Assembly (NCBI GenBank): GCA_963726255.1
Contig: CAVSBL010000002.1
Span: forward strand, 288,001-352,000
Source: Candidatus Bathyarchaeota archaeon
GTDB taxonomy: Archaea > Thermoproteota > Bathyarchaeia > 40CM-2-53-6
Length of the DNA: 64,000 bases
Direction: 5' to 3'
Under the pieces are notes generated by a model. The model was not told where the DNA came from and made no database searches. It saw only the letters and a list, made by a program, of their open reading frames with translations. Below are positions 1 through 9,334 of the stretch, one piece after another (within the stretch, counting starts at the first letter, position 1; each line of letters begins with the position of its first letter). The position numbers were made by a program, and so were the translations under genes.

Positions 1-1
1 A

Positions 2-454
2 GCGGCTTGGCGCGCCCCACACGGCAAGACGAGCCGAGTCAGGCGCAGCAAGAAAGGTTGGCCAGCGGTCGTTAAGATAGGTTACTCCAGGCCGCGGGCC
101 ACAAGGGGCCTTCACCCATCAGGTTTCAAAGCGGTCACAATCTGGCGGCCTATAGATCTGCAGGCCCTTGACCCTAAGCTTCACGTGGGAATGATTGCCC
201 ATACAGTAGGCGAGAACAAACGCGTCCAAATCCTCGACGAAGCAAAGAAGGCGAACATCCGGATCCTTAATCCCGGCTTGAAGAGGCCAGCGGCGCCTTT
301 GGTACCCACCCCTACTGAGCCAACTCCTGAAACGGGAGAAGAACAGAAAGAAACCACAGAGGAAAAAGGGAAAGAGGAACCTGAACCGGCAAAACAAGAA
401 CCCAAGAAGAGAACCAAGCCGAAAACCGCGGCAAAAAGGAAGAGTAAGAAATGA
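2..454 (+). CDS. rpl32e: 50S ribosomal protein eL32, 5'-truncated by window edge, with long low-complexity C-terminal tail
   Basis: The frame of ORF 185..454 is open from base 2: WRAPHGKTSRVRR...IGY...RGLHPSGF...IAHTVG..KR..I...A....IRILNP, typical of eL32. Lies directly upstream of rpl19e. Confidence 0.93.
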   Translation, partial: AAWRAPHGKTSRVRRSKKGWPAVVKIGYSRPRATRGLHPSGFKAVTIWRPIDLQALDPKLHVGMIAHTVGENKRVQILDEAKKANIRILNPGLKRPAAPLVPTPTEPTPETGEEQKETTEEKGKEEPEPAKQEPKKRTKPKTAAKRKSKK

Positions 455-894
455 GCTGTGTTAGCCAGAAACGCCTAGCCGCCGACCTAATGAAAGTGGG
501 AACCACACGAGTGTGGGTCGACCCTGAAGACACCGACCGAGTATCCTCCGCAATAACTCGCGAAGAGATCAGGAAACTAATCCACGAAGGAAGCATCAAG
601 AAGCTCCCCAAGGTTGGCATAAGCAGAGGGAGGAAACGAGTTAGACACCAAGAACTGTTAGCAGGCCGACACAAAGGGCCAGGAAGCACCAAGGGAAGCG
701 CACATAACACCAAGAGAATTTGGGTAGTTCGCATCCGGTCGATCCGGCGTAGGTTGCGAACTTTACGCGATAAGCGATTCATCACGACGGAAGTCTACAG
801 GAAACTATCCCTAATGGCGAAAGGCGGATCCTTCAGAGGTGCCGCACACTTGGATGAATACATAGATACGCACAAACTCGCACGGAGACGCTGA
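451..894 (+). CDS. rpl19e: 50S ribosomal protein eL19
   Basis: QKRLAADLMKVGTTRVWVDP...AITREEIRKLI...GISRGR...YRKL..MAKGG motifs. Confidence 0.97.
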   Translation: MSCVSQKRLAADLMKVGTTRVWVDPEDTDRVSSAITREEIRKLIHEGSIKKLPKVGISRGRKRVRHQELLAGRHKGPGSTKGSAHNTKRIWVVRIRSIRRRLRTLRDKRFITTEVYRKLSLMAKGGSFRGAAHLDEYIDTHKLARRR

Positions 895-895
895 T

Positions 896-1534
896 ATGCA
901 AACAGCTCAAACCCAAAGGACCGAAGTAGGCTGGGTCCCCAAAACCAAGGTTGGCAAAATGGTTCAGAGCGGACAGATAGTCTCTTTGGAAGAAATCTTC
1001 ACGCAAGGATTGAAGATAAAGGAACCAGAAATCGTCGATGTCCTTCTACCCGGCCTTAGGCAGGAGGTACTCGGAATAGGGTTCGTCCAAAAGCAAACCG
1101 ATGCAGGCGAGAAATCACGGTTCAAAGCAATAGTCGCCGTCGGAAACGGAACTGGGTTCCTCGGCGTCGGAGGCGGCAAGGCTAGACAGGTGAGAAGTGC
1201 GATCGACAAGGCCACCCTAGCTGCAAAGCTCGACGTTGTCCCAATTCGCAGGGGCTGCGGCAGTTGGGAATGCGGTTGCGGTCAACCCCACTCAGTCCCA
1301 TTCAAAATTCGAGGAAAGTGCGGTAGCGTTGGCATCGAAATCATCCCAGGCCCACGAGGACTGGGTCTAGTCGGCGGAGAAACACCAAAGACGGTTCTGA
1401 CATTGGCAGGAGTCAAAGACTGCTGGACCCGAAGCTTCGGCTCAACCAGCACGCTCGGATCCATGTCTTACGCTGTGTACGAAGCCCTGCGCAGCACATA
1501 CCGAATCGTAACTCCAAAAGACTGGGTCGCGTAA
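896..1534 (+). CDS. rps5: 30S ribosomal protein uS5
   Basis: WVPKTKVG, IKEPEIVD, VQKQTDAGEKSRFKA, RRGCGSWECGCG.PHSVPF motifs. Confidence 0.97.
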   Translation: MQTAQTQRTEVGWVPKTKVGKMVQSGQIVSLEEIFTQGLKIKEPEIVDVLLPGLRQEVLGIGFVQKQTDAGEKSRFKAIVAVGNGTGFLGVGGGKARQVRSAIDKATLAAKLDVVPIRRGCGSWECGCGQPHSVPFKIRGKCGSVGIEIIPGPRGLGLVGGETPKTVLTLAGVKDCWTRSFGSTSTLGSMSYAVYEALRSTYRIVTPKDWVA

Positions 1535-1553
1535 ACCGAGGCCTTCAGGCTAT

Positions 1554-2759
1554 TCAGATAACGCCTAACGATTTACCCGTCTTCTCGAAAGTCCGCAGCG
1601 CGATATCCAAATCTGCCTTCGTATGTCCGGCGTTCATGATCGTCCTAATCCTAGCTTTGTCGCGTGAAACCATGGGGTAGACTATTGGAAGTGCAAAAAC
1701 TCTTTCCTTGAAGAGCATTTCACTCATCTTGCGCGCCGTAGAGCTCTCCCCAACTATCACGGGTGTAATCGGCGTCTCGCTGGTTCCAATATTAAAGCCC
1801 AAATTGCGCAAACCTTCTTTGAAGTAACGCGTGTTCTCCCATAACCTCTGCAGGTGCTCAGGTTCGTCTTGTACAACCTGTATGCTCGCCTTGCATGAGG
1901 CGACAATGCTGGCAGGGTGCGACGCACTGAGTAGCCACGTTCTAGACTTATTCAACGCGTAATTCACCAGATCCCGTGAGCCGGCAATGTAGCCGCCGAC
2001 AACTCCAAATGCTTTCGAGAACGTGCCCATCTCAACATCAACCCTGCCTTCAACATGGAAATGTGAAGTGATACCGCGCCCAGATTCCCCGAGCACGCCA
2101 TCACCATGCGCATCGTCAATGTATGTCATCGCTCCATGTTCTTCGGCGAGTTCAACTATCCCATCGGCTGGCGCAATATCCCCATCCATGCTGAAAACAC
2201 CGTCTGTCACAATCAAGATGTGTTTGTAGTTCTTCTTTTCCGCTTCATCCAGAACCTTCTTCAAGTCCGCCATATCACGATGCTTGTACACGGTGCGCTC
2301 TGCTCTACTCAATCGCACGCCATCGATAATGCTCCCATGATTGAGCTCGTCGCTAATGATGAGGTCACCTTCCGCCGCAAGTTGCGGAATTAGGCCAGAA
2401 TTAGCCGCAAACCCCGTCGCATACGCGAGCGAAGCTTCAGTGCGCTTGTAGTGAGCGAGTGTTTCTTCGAGCTCCACGTGCGCATCCATCGTCCCTGCAA
2501 TAGCACGGACCGAACCCGATCCAGCGCCATACTTCTCGACGGCCTCTAGAGCAGCCTTCTTCACTTTGGGATGGTTGGTTAGATTCAGGTAGTTGTTGGA
2601 GCATAACATCAGACATTTCTTACCGGAAACTACAGCCCATGGCCCACTGCTACTCGCAAGGACGCGCACGCGCCAATCCAAATCTTCCTTGACAAGGCGA
2701 TCGTATTCTTCACGGAGAAATGAACGCGGGTCTCTCTTTGACTGAGCCGCTTGAACCAA
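1554..2759 (-). CDS. kbl: Glycine C-acetyltransferase (2-amino-3-ketobutyrate CoA ligase), class II PLP enzyme
   Basis: CSNNYLNL, SDELNHGSIIDG, DGVFSMDGD, DDAHG, GTFSKAFG motifs. Divergent from tdh. Start moved to TTG 2759, which follows a GGAG Shine-Dalgarno (SD). Confidence 0.88.
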   Translation of the reverse strand: MVQAAQSKRDPRSFLREEYDRLVKEDLDWRVRVLASSSGPWAVVSGKKCLMLCSNNYLNLTNHPKVKKAALEAVEKYGAGSGSVRAIAGTMDAHVELEETLAHYKRTEASLAYATGFAANSGLIPQLAAEGDLIISDELNHGSIIDGVRLSRAERTVYKHRDMADLKKVLDEAEKKNYKHILIVTDGVFSMDGDIAPADGIVELAEEHGAMTYIDDAHGDGVLGESGRGITSHFHVEGRVDVEMGTFSKAFGVVGGYIAGSRDLVNYALNKSRTWLLSASHPASIVASCKASIQVVQDEPEHLQRLWENTRYFKEGLRNLGFNIGTSETPITPVIVGESSTARKMSEMLFKERVFALPIVYPMVSRDKARIRTIMNAGHTKADLDIALRTFEKTGKSLGVI

Positions 2760-2867
2760 AGAATTCTCTCCAGCGGCCCAGTCAACCGCCGTCACAATAA
2801 TAGGTTTGCCCGCCAGAGTCCAGCAAAACATAAAGGTTCAGTGCTTGTTAGACGGCGTGATCTAATT

Positions 2868-3896
2868 GTGAAAGCATTCGCGAAACTCCGCCCGGAGCCG
2901 GGAATTGAACAGGTCGAAGTTGAGCGGCCTAGAATCGGCCAGCATGAAGTTCTCGTGAAGGTGAAAGTCACTTCGGTATGCGGAACTGACCACCACATCT
3001 ACGCATGGGATGAGTGGGCGCAGGCACGAATCAAGCCCCCGCGCATCATTGGGCATGAGTTTGCGGGCGAAGTCGTCGAAATTGCACCCGACGTAACCGC
3101 GTGCAATGTGGGCGAAATGGTGGTTGCAGAGAGCCACATAGCCTGCGGTAAGTGTTACCAGTGCCGAACAGGAAATTCTCACATCTGTGAACGGATCGCG
3201 ATTCTGGGTGTTGATGTAGATGGGTGCTTCGCGGAGTACGTCAAAATACCGGAGAACAACGCATGGCCAGTTCCTAGCGAAGTCCCCCTCGACACCGCTT
3301 CGATTCTGGAACCCCTCGGCAACGCGGTACACGCCGCCTTCGCAGCGGATATTGCCGGCAATGACGTAACGATTTTCGGTTGTGGACCAGTAGGCCTCTC
3401 AGCCGTTGCTCTCACAAGCATCTCAGGGGCCCTATCCATCACGGCGGTCGACATCAATGACTACAGGTTGAAACTAGCTGCAGCGATGGGAGCCTCGAAA
3501 GTAATCAACTCTAAGAACAATGACCCGGTCGCGGAGGTTCACAAAGACACTGGCGGGCGAGGCGCGGGCGTAGTCTTAGAGATGTCGGGAAATGAACACG
3601 CAATCAAAGACGCCTTTCGCACAGTTCGGAACGGGGGGACGGTCATACTTTTCGGAATTCCATCAAAGGAAGTTCAACTCAACATAGCGGACGACTTCAT
3701 CTTCAAAGAAGCCCACGTCCGCGGCATAGTGGGCCGCGAGATGTTCACCACGTGGTACAAACTCGAAGCCATCCTGAAATCTGGGAAGCTCAACTTGAAA
3801 CCGTTGATAACTCACCGAATGGCACTTAACCAGCTCGAAGATGCGATGAAACTGGTTGGCTCCGGAAATTGTGGCAAGATTGTCCTCAGGCCCTGA
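2868..3896 (+). CDS. tdh: L-threonine 3-dehydrogenase (Zn-dependent MDR family)
   Basis: CGTDHHIY.WDEWA, GHEFAG, ESHIACGKCYQC...HIC, EPLGNAVH, GCGPVG, GREMFTTW. Likely start GTG 2868. Paired with kbl. Confidence 0.92.
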   Translation: MKAFAKLRPEPGIEQVEVERPRIGQHEVLVKVKVTSVCGTDHHIYAWDEWAQARIKPPRIIGHEFAGEVVEIAPDVTACNVGEMVVAESHIACGKCYQCRTGNSHICERIAILGVDVDGCFAEYVKIPENNAWPVPSEVPLDTASILEPLGNAVHAAFAADIAGNDVTIFGCGPVGLSAVALTSISGALSITAVDINDYRLKLAAAMGASKVINSKNNDPVAEVHKDTGGRGAGVVLEMSGNEHAIKDAFRTVRNGGTVILFGIPSKEVQLNIADDFIFKEAHVRGIVGREMFTTWYKLEAILKSGKLNLKPLITHRMALNQLEDAMKLVGSGNCGKIVLRP

Positions 3897-3981
3897 GGTC
3901 TAGTTCCGGAAACGTTTATCTTGGGCACTCCCGAACCTGACAGCTTCGCGTGGTCGTCTCCAACAGAAAACTAGTGAAGGC

Positions 3982-4470
3982 ATGTCCAAGTTGGCAACCA
4001 GACTAAGAAAAGGGCGGCACCTAAGGGCCTCCAGAACACACGGATGGGGCACCTCAGGCCAGCACAGGGGAACCGGCATGCAAGGAGGAGCCGGAAACGC
4101 CGGCCGATACCGGCACAAGAGATCACGCCTCATAAGAACCGGCGAATATTCACACATGCATTACGCCGGCAAGAAAGGCTTCACCTCCATCGCGAACATG
4201 AGGCCTGCTGGAAAAACGGTCAACCTTTGGCAACTATCAGAATTGGCTGACAAGTTATCGGCTGAGCAGAAAGCTGAGAAGGCAGGCGAGAAGGTTGTTG
4301 TGGATTTGGGGCAACTCGGCTTCAGTAAGCTCCTCGGCACGGGTTCAATTTCGCGTGCCGTCCAGGTAAAAGTGGACGAGTGTTCTGAGGGGGCCCGTAA
4401 GAAGATAGAGAAGGCCGGTGGAGAAGCGGTCCTCAAAGCTCAACCTACTCCAACTGCCCCCACTAAGTGA
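3982..4470 (+). CDS. rpl15: 50S ribosomal protein uL15
   Basis: RTHGWG..GQHRG.G..GG.GNAG..RHK, KLLGTG, A..KIEKAGG. Upstream of secY. Confidence 0.96.
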   Translation: MSKLATRLRKGRHLRASRTHGWGTSGQHRGTGMQGGAGNAGRYRHKRSRLIRTGEYSHMHYAGKKGFTSIANMRPAGKTVNLWQLSELADKLSAEQKAEKAGEKVVVDLGQLGFSKLLGTGSISRAVQVKVDECSEGARKKIEKAGGEAVLKAQPTPTAPTK

Positions 4471-4476
4471 CGTTGA

Positions 4477-5895
4477 ATGGTCCGTTTCATCGAACTTTTC
4501 AAGCCTATAGCGAGATTCTTCCCAGACATCAAGCCGGCCGATCGGAAAGTCGCCTTCAACGAGAAGATATTCTGGACCGCCATTGCGCTCATAATCTACT
4601 TCGTAATGTCCCAAACGCCGCTTTACGGAATAGGTACGGCAGGGCTCAACGACCCGTTAGGCTCTCTCCGGGTCATATTTGCATCAAACCGGGGCACCCT
4701 AATGGAGTTGGGTATCGGTCCCATCGTGACCGCCGGTTTGATTCTGCAGGTCCTGGCCGGGTCGAAAATGGTGAACATAGACATGTCCAATCCAGAAGAC
4801 CGGTCGCTGTTCACGAGTGCCAGCAAGATTCTCTCCGTAGTCATGACCATCTTCGAGGCATCAGCCTACATAATCGGCGGCACATACGGAGCGCTCCAAG
4901 TAACAACGGAAATCGTAATAATGTTGCAACTAGTCGCCGCAGGGATTATTGTGCTACTCCTAGACGAGATGCTTCAGAAAGGCTGGGGGTTGGGAAGCGG
5001 AATCAGCCTGTTCATCGCTGCTGGTGTTGCTTCTTCGATATGGTGGGACTCGGTGGCGCCGATGGGGCCTATGGCTGACGGGAAATACTTGGGTGCCGTC
5101 CTAGCGTTCGCCGAAAGCGTTCTTAGCAGGCAGGGCATTATGAGCGTCCTCTCCCGTACGGGGGGCCTGCCAGACATGGTGGCGTTTATGACGACGCTCG
5201 GCGTCTTCGCGATAATAATCTACTTCAACGGCATGCGCGTGGAGATTCCAGTATCATATGCTAGGTACAGAGGTTTCCGCGGAAAATTCCCATTGAAGCT
5301 CTTCTACGTGTCGAACATACCCGTGATCTTTGCAGCCGCTCTATTTGGCAACATCTACTTCATCGCACAATTACTCTGGCAGAGGTACAACAGTACAAAC
5401 ACCAATTTCTGGTTCAACCTGATAGGCACCTTTACGACGCAGGGCACTCAGTACCAACCTTCAGGCGGGCTGGTTTACTATGTGGTGCCGCCACGGAGCC
5501 TACAATTGGCGATGGCCGACCCGCTGCGAGCGCTCATGTATGCAGTCCTCCTGATCCTCGGCTGTGTCTTCTTTGCCGTAACTTGGGTTGAGGTTGGGGG
5601 GATGGATTCTAAGACTGTTGCTAGGCAGCTTTTGGATTCCGGGATGCAAATTGAAGGGTTTAGGCGGTCTGAACTCCCGATAAGGCAGATGCTTGACCGC
5701 TACATCCCGACGGTCACAATTCTCGGGGCGATAATGATTGGAGCCATAGCCGCGGGCGCAGACTTCTTGGGCGCTTTCGGCTCGGGCACGGGGATCCTGC
5801 TAACGGTCGGCATCATCGAGCAGTATTACCAAATCCTCGTACAGGAACGGATCACTGAACTCTACCCCGCGGCCAGAGGCTTCCTGGGTGAGTAG
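4477..5895 (+). CDS. secY: Preprotein translocase subunit SecY/Sec61-alpha
   Basis: GTLMELGIGPIVTAG, KGWGLGSGISLFI, KLFYVSNIPVI, GSGTGILL; many TM helices. Confidence 0.98.
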   Translation: MVRFIELFKPIARFFPDIKPADRKVAFNEKIFWTAIALIIYFVMSQTPLYGIGTAGLNDPLGSLRVIFASNRGTLMELGIGPIVTAGLILQVLAGSKMVNIDMSNPEDRSLFTSASKILSVVMTIFEASAYIIGGTYGALQVTTEIVIMLQLVAAGIIVLLLDEMLQKGWGLGSGISLFIAAGVASSIWWDSVAPMGPMADGKYLGAVLAFAESVLSRQGIMSVLSRTGGLPDMVAFMTTLGVFAIIIYFNGMRVEIPVSYARYRGFRGKFPLKLFYVSNIPVIFAAALFGNIYFIAQLLWQRYNSTNTNFWFNLIGTFTTQGTQYQPSGGLVYYVVPPRSLQLAMADPLRALMYAVLLILGCVFFAVTWVEVGGMDSKTVARQLLDSGMQIEGFRRSELPIRQMLDRYIPTVTILGAIMIGAIAAGADFLGAFGSGTGILLTVGIIEQYYQILVQERITELYPAARGFLGE

Positions 5896-5898
5896 GAA

Positions 5899-6495
5899 CT
5901 GTCCCGAACGGTCGTAGTGACCGGCATACCCGGGGTAGGGAAAACTACCGTACTCAACGAATTGCAAGACCTCGCTAAGCAAAACAAGTTCAACCTCACC
6001 GTCCTCAACTACGGGACAATCATGAACGAAATCATGCGAGAACTTGGCAAAGACCTTCACCGCGACAAGATGAGGGAGCAGAACATCGGAGAACAGAAGA
6101 AGGTTCAGGAACTTGCCGCGAGCGAAATTGCCAATCGAGCGGGACAAGGCACCATCGTCGTAGATACCCACATGTTCGTTCGAACCGTTTCCGGAATGTG
6201 GGCTGGGCTCCCACAACATGTTCTGGAGAAACTCAACCCACGGCTGCTCGTCCTTGTGGAAGCAAACCCAGAACAAATAGCCGCCAGACGCACGGGCGAT
6301 TCGAGTAGAATGCGGGAGAAGGGGGTGGCTGAAGAAATCGCATTCGACCTGGAGTGGTCCCGCGCGACTGCTGCCGCTTCGGCGGTCGTGACGGGTTCAC
6401 CTGTTAAGGTTATAAGAAATGAAGAGGGTAGGCAGAAGCAAGCGGCGCAGGAGCTGTTTCAGACGATTCGAAGCGTAATGGAGGCACAAGTTTGA
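5899..6495 (+). CDS. adkA: Archaeal adenylate kinase
   Basis: VVVTGIPGVGKTT P-loop, VDTH, GLP motifs. Canonical position after secY. Probable CTG start at 5899 (ORF track uses GTG 5917). Confidence 0.93.
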   Translation: MSRTVVVTGIPGVGKTTVLNELQDLAKQNKFNLTVLNYGTIMNEIMRELGKDLHRDKMREQNIGEQKKVQELAASEIANRAGQGTIVVDTHMFVRTVSGMWAGLPQHVLEKLNPRLLVLVEANPEQIAARRTGDSSRMREKGVAEEIAFDLEWSRATAAASAVVTGSPVKVIRNEEGRQKQAAQELFQTIRSVMEAQV

Positions 6496-6995
6496 GTTTC
6501 ATAGATGATGTATTCGCATGGGTTGCAACCGCTATCAAACCCTATAGCAACATCCCTCAGTCCACTCTACTCACAATTGGAATTGCCTTGGCGCTTGGTC
6601 TCATGTCGTCGACTGCGGCGAAGCTTCTCGTCGACTACAATATGGTCAGGAATACGATGAAGGAGGTTTCGGCCTGGAGGAAAGAGATGGATCAGGCGAA
6701 GAAAGCTAAAGATGAGCAGACGCTTTCAAAACTCATGAAGAAAAGCCAAGCAATGATGAAGGCCCAATCGAGGGCAAGCATGGAACAAATGAAGGTCACC
6801 GCAGTAACCTTTGTCCCATTCCTCCTCATATGGTACTTGATCAACAACGCCCTCGGAGGGCACGTGGTAGCGATCGCACCGTATCCCCTCCCAATCGTCG
6901 GCACACAGCTGACCTTCTTCTACTGGTACTTCCTAAGTTCCTTCGCCGTGAACTTCCCAATCATGAGGCTGTTCGGCATAGGAATGAGTGAGTGA
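6492..6995 (+). CDS. DUF106 / EMC3-TMCO1 (Oxa1 superfamily) membrane insertase-like protein
   Basis: TM, coiled coil, then two TMs ending in YWYFLSSF; conserved position after adk. Confidence 0.88.
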   Translation: MSFIDDVFAWVATAIKPYSNIPQSTLLTIGIALALGLMSSTAAKLLVDYNMVRNTMKEVSAWRKEMDQAKKAKDEQTLSKLMKKSQAMMKAQSRASMEQMKVTAVTFVPFLLIWYLINNALGGHVVAIAPYPLPIVGTQLTFFYWYFLSSFAVNFPIMRLFGIGMSE

Positions 6996-7002
6996 AAGCC
7001 AA

Positions 7003-7263
7003 ATGCCTAGAAGAGCTCTCCGAAACCGAAACGTGAAGCGGAAGACCCTGCAGGTTCCAGGCGGCAGGTCCACCATCCACTACCGAAGGAAGAAGTACTC
7101 TGGCGGTAGATGCGCGTCATGCGGCCTTCCCCTTGGCGGAGTTCCACCCAGCTCCATAAGAGGCCTAACCAAATCCTCTCGGCGGCCGTCAAGGCCGTTC
7201 GCCGGCGTTCTATGCCACGCGTGCCTACGCGAAAAGGTTCGCCAAGGAACCAGAGTCGGGTAG
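7003..7263 (+). CDS. rpl34e: 50S ribosomal protein eL34
   Basis: PGGR..IHY, CASCG.PL.GV, RRPSRPFAGVLCHAC; ATG 7003. Confidence 0.93.
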   Translation: MPRRALRNRNVKRKTLQVPGGRSTIHYRRKKYSGGRCASCGLPLGGVPPSSIRGLTKSSRRPSRPFAGVLCHACLREKVRQGTRVG

Positions 7264-7266
7264 GGC

Positions 7267-7815
7267 TTGCCGGGGCCAGTAATCACCGTGAGCGGCCCCC
7301 ATGGAACAGGCAAATCGACTTATGCAAGAGCCCTCGCGGACGCGTTGAGGTTACGGTATGTTTGCGCAGGGGAATTATTCAGGGACTTGGCGAAGGAAAG
7401 ACAACTATCCCTAGAAGCCTTCAGTAGCCTTGCGGCCAGAGACCCTACGATAGACAAGATGATTGACGACCGCACCAAAGCCGAAGCTAGGAAAGGCGGC
7501 CTTGTGATCGATGCGCAACTGGGCGCTTGGATGATTAATGGCATCGCAGACGTAAAATTACTCATGGTCGCACCCGATGAAGTCCGGTTCAAGAGAATAG
7601 CTGACAGGGACGGCATATCGCTCGAGTCCGCTAAGAAGGAAACAATAGCCCGCGAACAAATACAGAAAGAGCGTTACAAGAAATATTATGGAATCAACGT
7701 GGACGACCTAAGCATCTATGACCTTAAGATAGACACCAGCCTCCACTCAGTCGAACAGACTAAATCCCTCGTTATCGCTGAAGTCCGAAAACTCGTCGCC
7801 AAGAAACGGACTTGA
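7267..7815 (+). CDS. cmk: Cytidylate kinase (archaeal)
   Basis: ITVSGPHGTGKST, AGELFR, ID..ID.R, RY.KYYGI...DLSIYDL.IDT. Confidence 0.93.
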   Translation: MPGPVITVSGPHGTGKSTYARALADALRLRYVCAGELFRDLAKERQLSLEAFSSLAARDPTIDKMIDDRTKAEARKGGLVIDAQLGAWMINGIADVKLLMVAPDEVRFKRIADRDGISLESAKKETIAREQIQKERYKKYYGINVDDLSIYDLKIDTSLHSVEQTKSLVIAEVRKLVAKKRT

Positions 7816-7891
7816 ACAACCTCCCGCTGATGGGCTACGCTTATTTATTGCCCTCGAATCTACAGCGGCGAACAAACACCGGTGAAACATT

Positions 7892-8188
7892 ATGCCAAGC
7901 ATGGAAGTCGGCCGAATCTGCGTAAAACTCGTAGGCCGTGAAACCGGAAGAAAATGCGTAGTCGTGGATGTTGTCGACAAGAACTTCGTCTTGATCACGG
8001 GCCCAAAGGCGGTTACGGGCGTCAGGCGTAGGCGAACCAACGTTGACCATTTGGAGCCCACACCTGAGAGCGTTGAAGTGAAAAAAGGCGCACCAGATGA
8101 CGAAGTCGAGAAAGCCTTAACCAAGGGTAAGAAAACAAAATTCATGAAAGAAGATCTCCTGCCGACAATGAAAGCGGCCGCAAGTTAA
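7892..8188 (+). CDS. rpl14e: 50S ribosomal protein eL14
   Basis: EVGRICVKLVGRETGRKCVVVDVVDKNFVLITGPK..TGVRRRR.N..HLEPT. Confidence 0.97.
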   Translation: MPSMEVGRICVKLVGRETGRKCVVVDVVDKNFVLITGPKAVTGVRRRRTNVDHLEPTPESVEVKKGAPDDEVEKALTKGKKTKFMKEDLLPTMKAAAS

Positions 8189-8325
8189 CCTCCCAACTTA
8201 TCCGATTCGGCATGCACTCTGCCGGACGCCTAACTGGGCGGACGGCTGATGGTCTTGGCTTTCTTTGGAATGTTACTCTCCTTAATAGCAGCAGGGACGT
8301 AACAAGTGTGCAAGAGGTGAATTGT

Positions 8326-9334
8326 TTGCAGACCGTCATCCCTTGGACGGTAAGTAGAGAACTTGTAGCGAAAGCGGACGATGAGACCGACCCGCGTTAT
8401 GGCTTCAAGCCTGAAGAAAGGCCAATGCCACTCCGAATCAAGTATGGGATCATGAACATCGATAAGCCTGCTGGGCCATCAAGCCATGAAGTAGTTGCTT
8501 GGATCAAACGCATGATGAAATTGTCGCACGCCGGCCACGGTGGAACCCTAGAGACGTAACAGTCGGGGTAATCCCAAGGTAACCGGCGTCCTTCCCGTAG
8601 CCCTAGAAGACGCCACGAAAGTCGTTCAAGGCTTTCTCTACTCGGGGAAGGAATACGTTTGCATAATGCAAATTCACGCCGACATCCCCGAAACAACCGT
8701 TCGCGAAGTTCTAAGCCAATTCGAAGGCGAGATTATCCAGAAACCACCGCTCAGAGCGTCCGTGAAGAGGGAACCGAGAAAACGATTCATCTACAAACTC
8801 AACGTGCAAGAAGTAGACGGGCGCACAGTCCTCTTCACCTGCTCCTGCCAAGCAGGCACCTACATGCGCAAATTATGCTCCGACGTCGGCGAAGTGTTCG
8901 GTTGCGGGGCCCACATGCGTGAGCTCAGGAGGACGCGTGCGGGGCCGTTCAGCGAAAATGATGGGATTGTGACCCTGCATGAATTGAGCGCGGCCCAATC
9001 CGACTTCGAGGCCGGCAACGAAGCCCCCCTGAAGGCGATAATCAAGCCTATGGAATTGGCACTCACTCCCCTCCCGCACATTGTAATTCGTGATTCTGCC
9101 GTCGACGCGGTCTGCCACGGAGCCGAATTAGCCCTGCCGGGCATACTGAAACTGGATTCCGCTATTGAACGCAACAAGTTTGTCGCGGTCTTCACGTTGA
9201 AAGGAGAAGGAGTCGCGCTAGCACGCGCCCTAATGACCTCCCAAGAAATGCTTGACCAGGAGAAAGGAGTGGCCGTCAAGACTGAGCGGGTCATCATGGA
9301 GCGAGGCACATACCCCGCCCTATGGAAGCATTAG
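8326..9334 (+). CDS. cbf5: H/ACA RNA-guided pseudouridine synthase Cbf5, spliced: join(8326..8551,8571..9334)
   Basis: Exon 1 has IDKPAGPSSHEVV and GHGGTL. Removing 19 nt restores GTLDPKVTGVLP, then KEYVC, QKPP.RASVKR, GTYMRKLC and a PUA domain. TTG 8326 follows the SD GAGGTGA. Confidence 0.95.
8552..8570 (+). other. 19-nt BHB-type pre-mRNA intron in cbf5
   Basis: CCCU(8546-49)/GGGG(8565-68) central helix, 3-nt bulges AGA and UAA, inner stem GAC/GUC. Excision rebuilds the GAT (Asp) codon and the frame. Confidence 0.93.

Noticed and set aside
5893-5898. Amber readthrough (pyrrolysine) fusing SecY to Adk, which are in frame
   Set aside because: A well-spaced SD plus CTG explains adk, SecY ends at its normal length, and no pyl genes are in the window.
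8296-8562. GACGTAACA shared by the cbf5 upstream region, its intron and the thermosome promoter
   Set aside because: Matches of 9-11 nt can arise by chance in 64 kb and no mechanism is evident.
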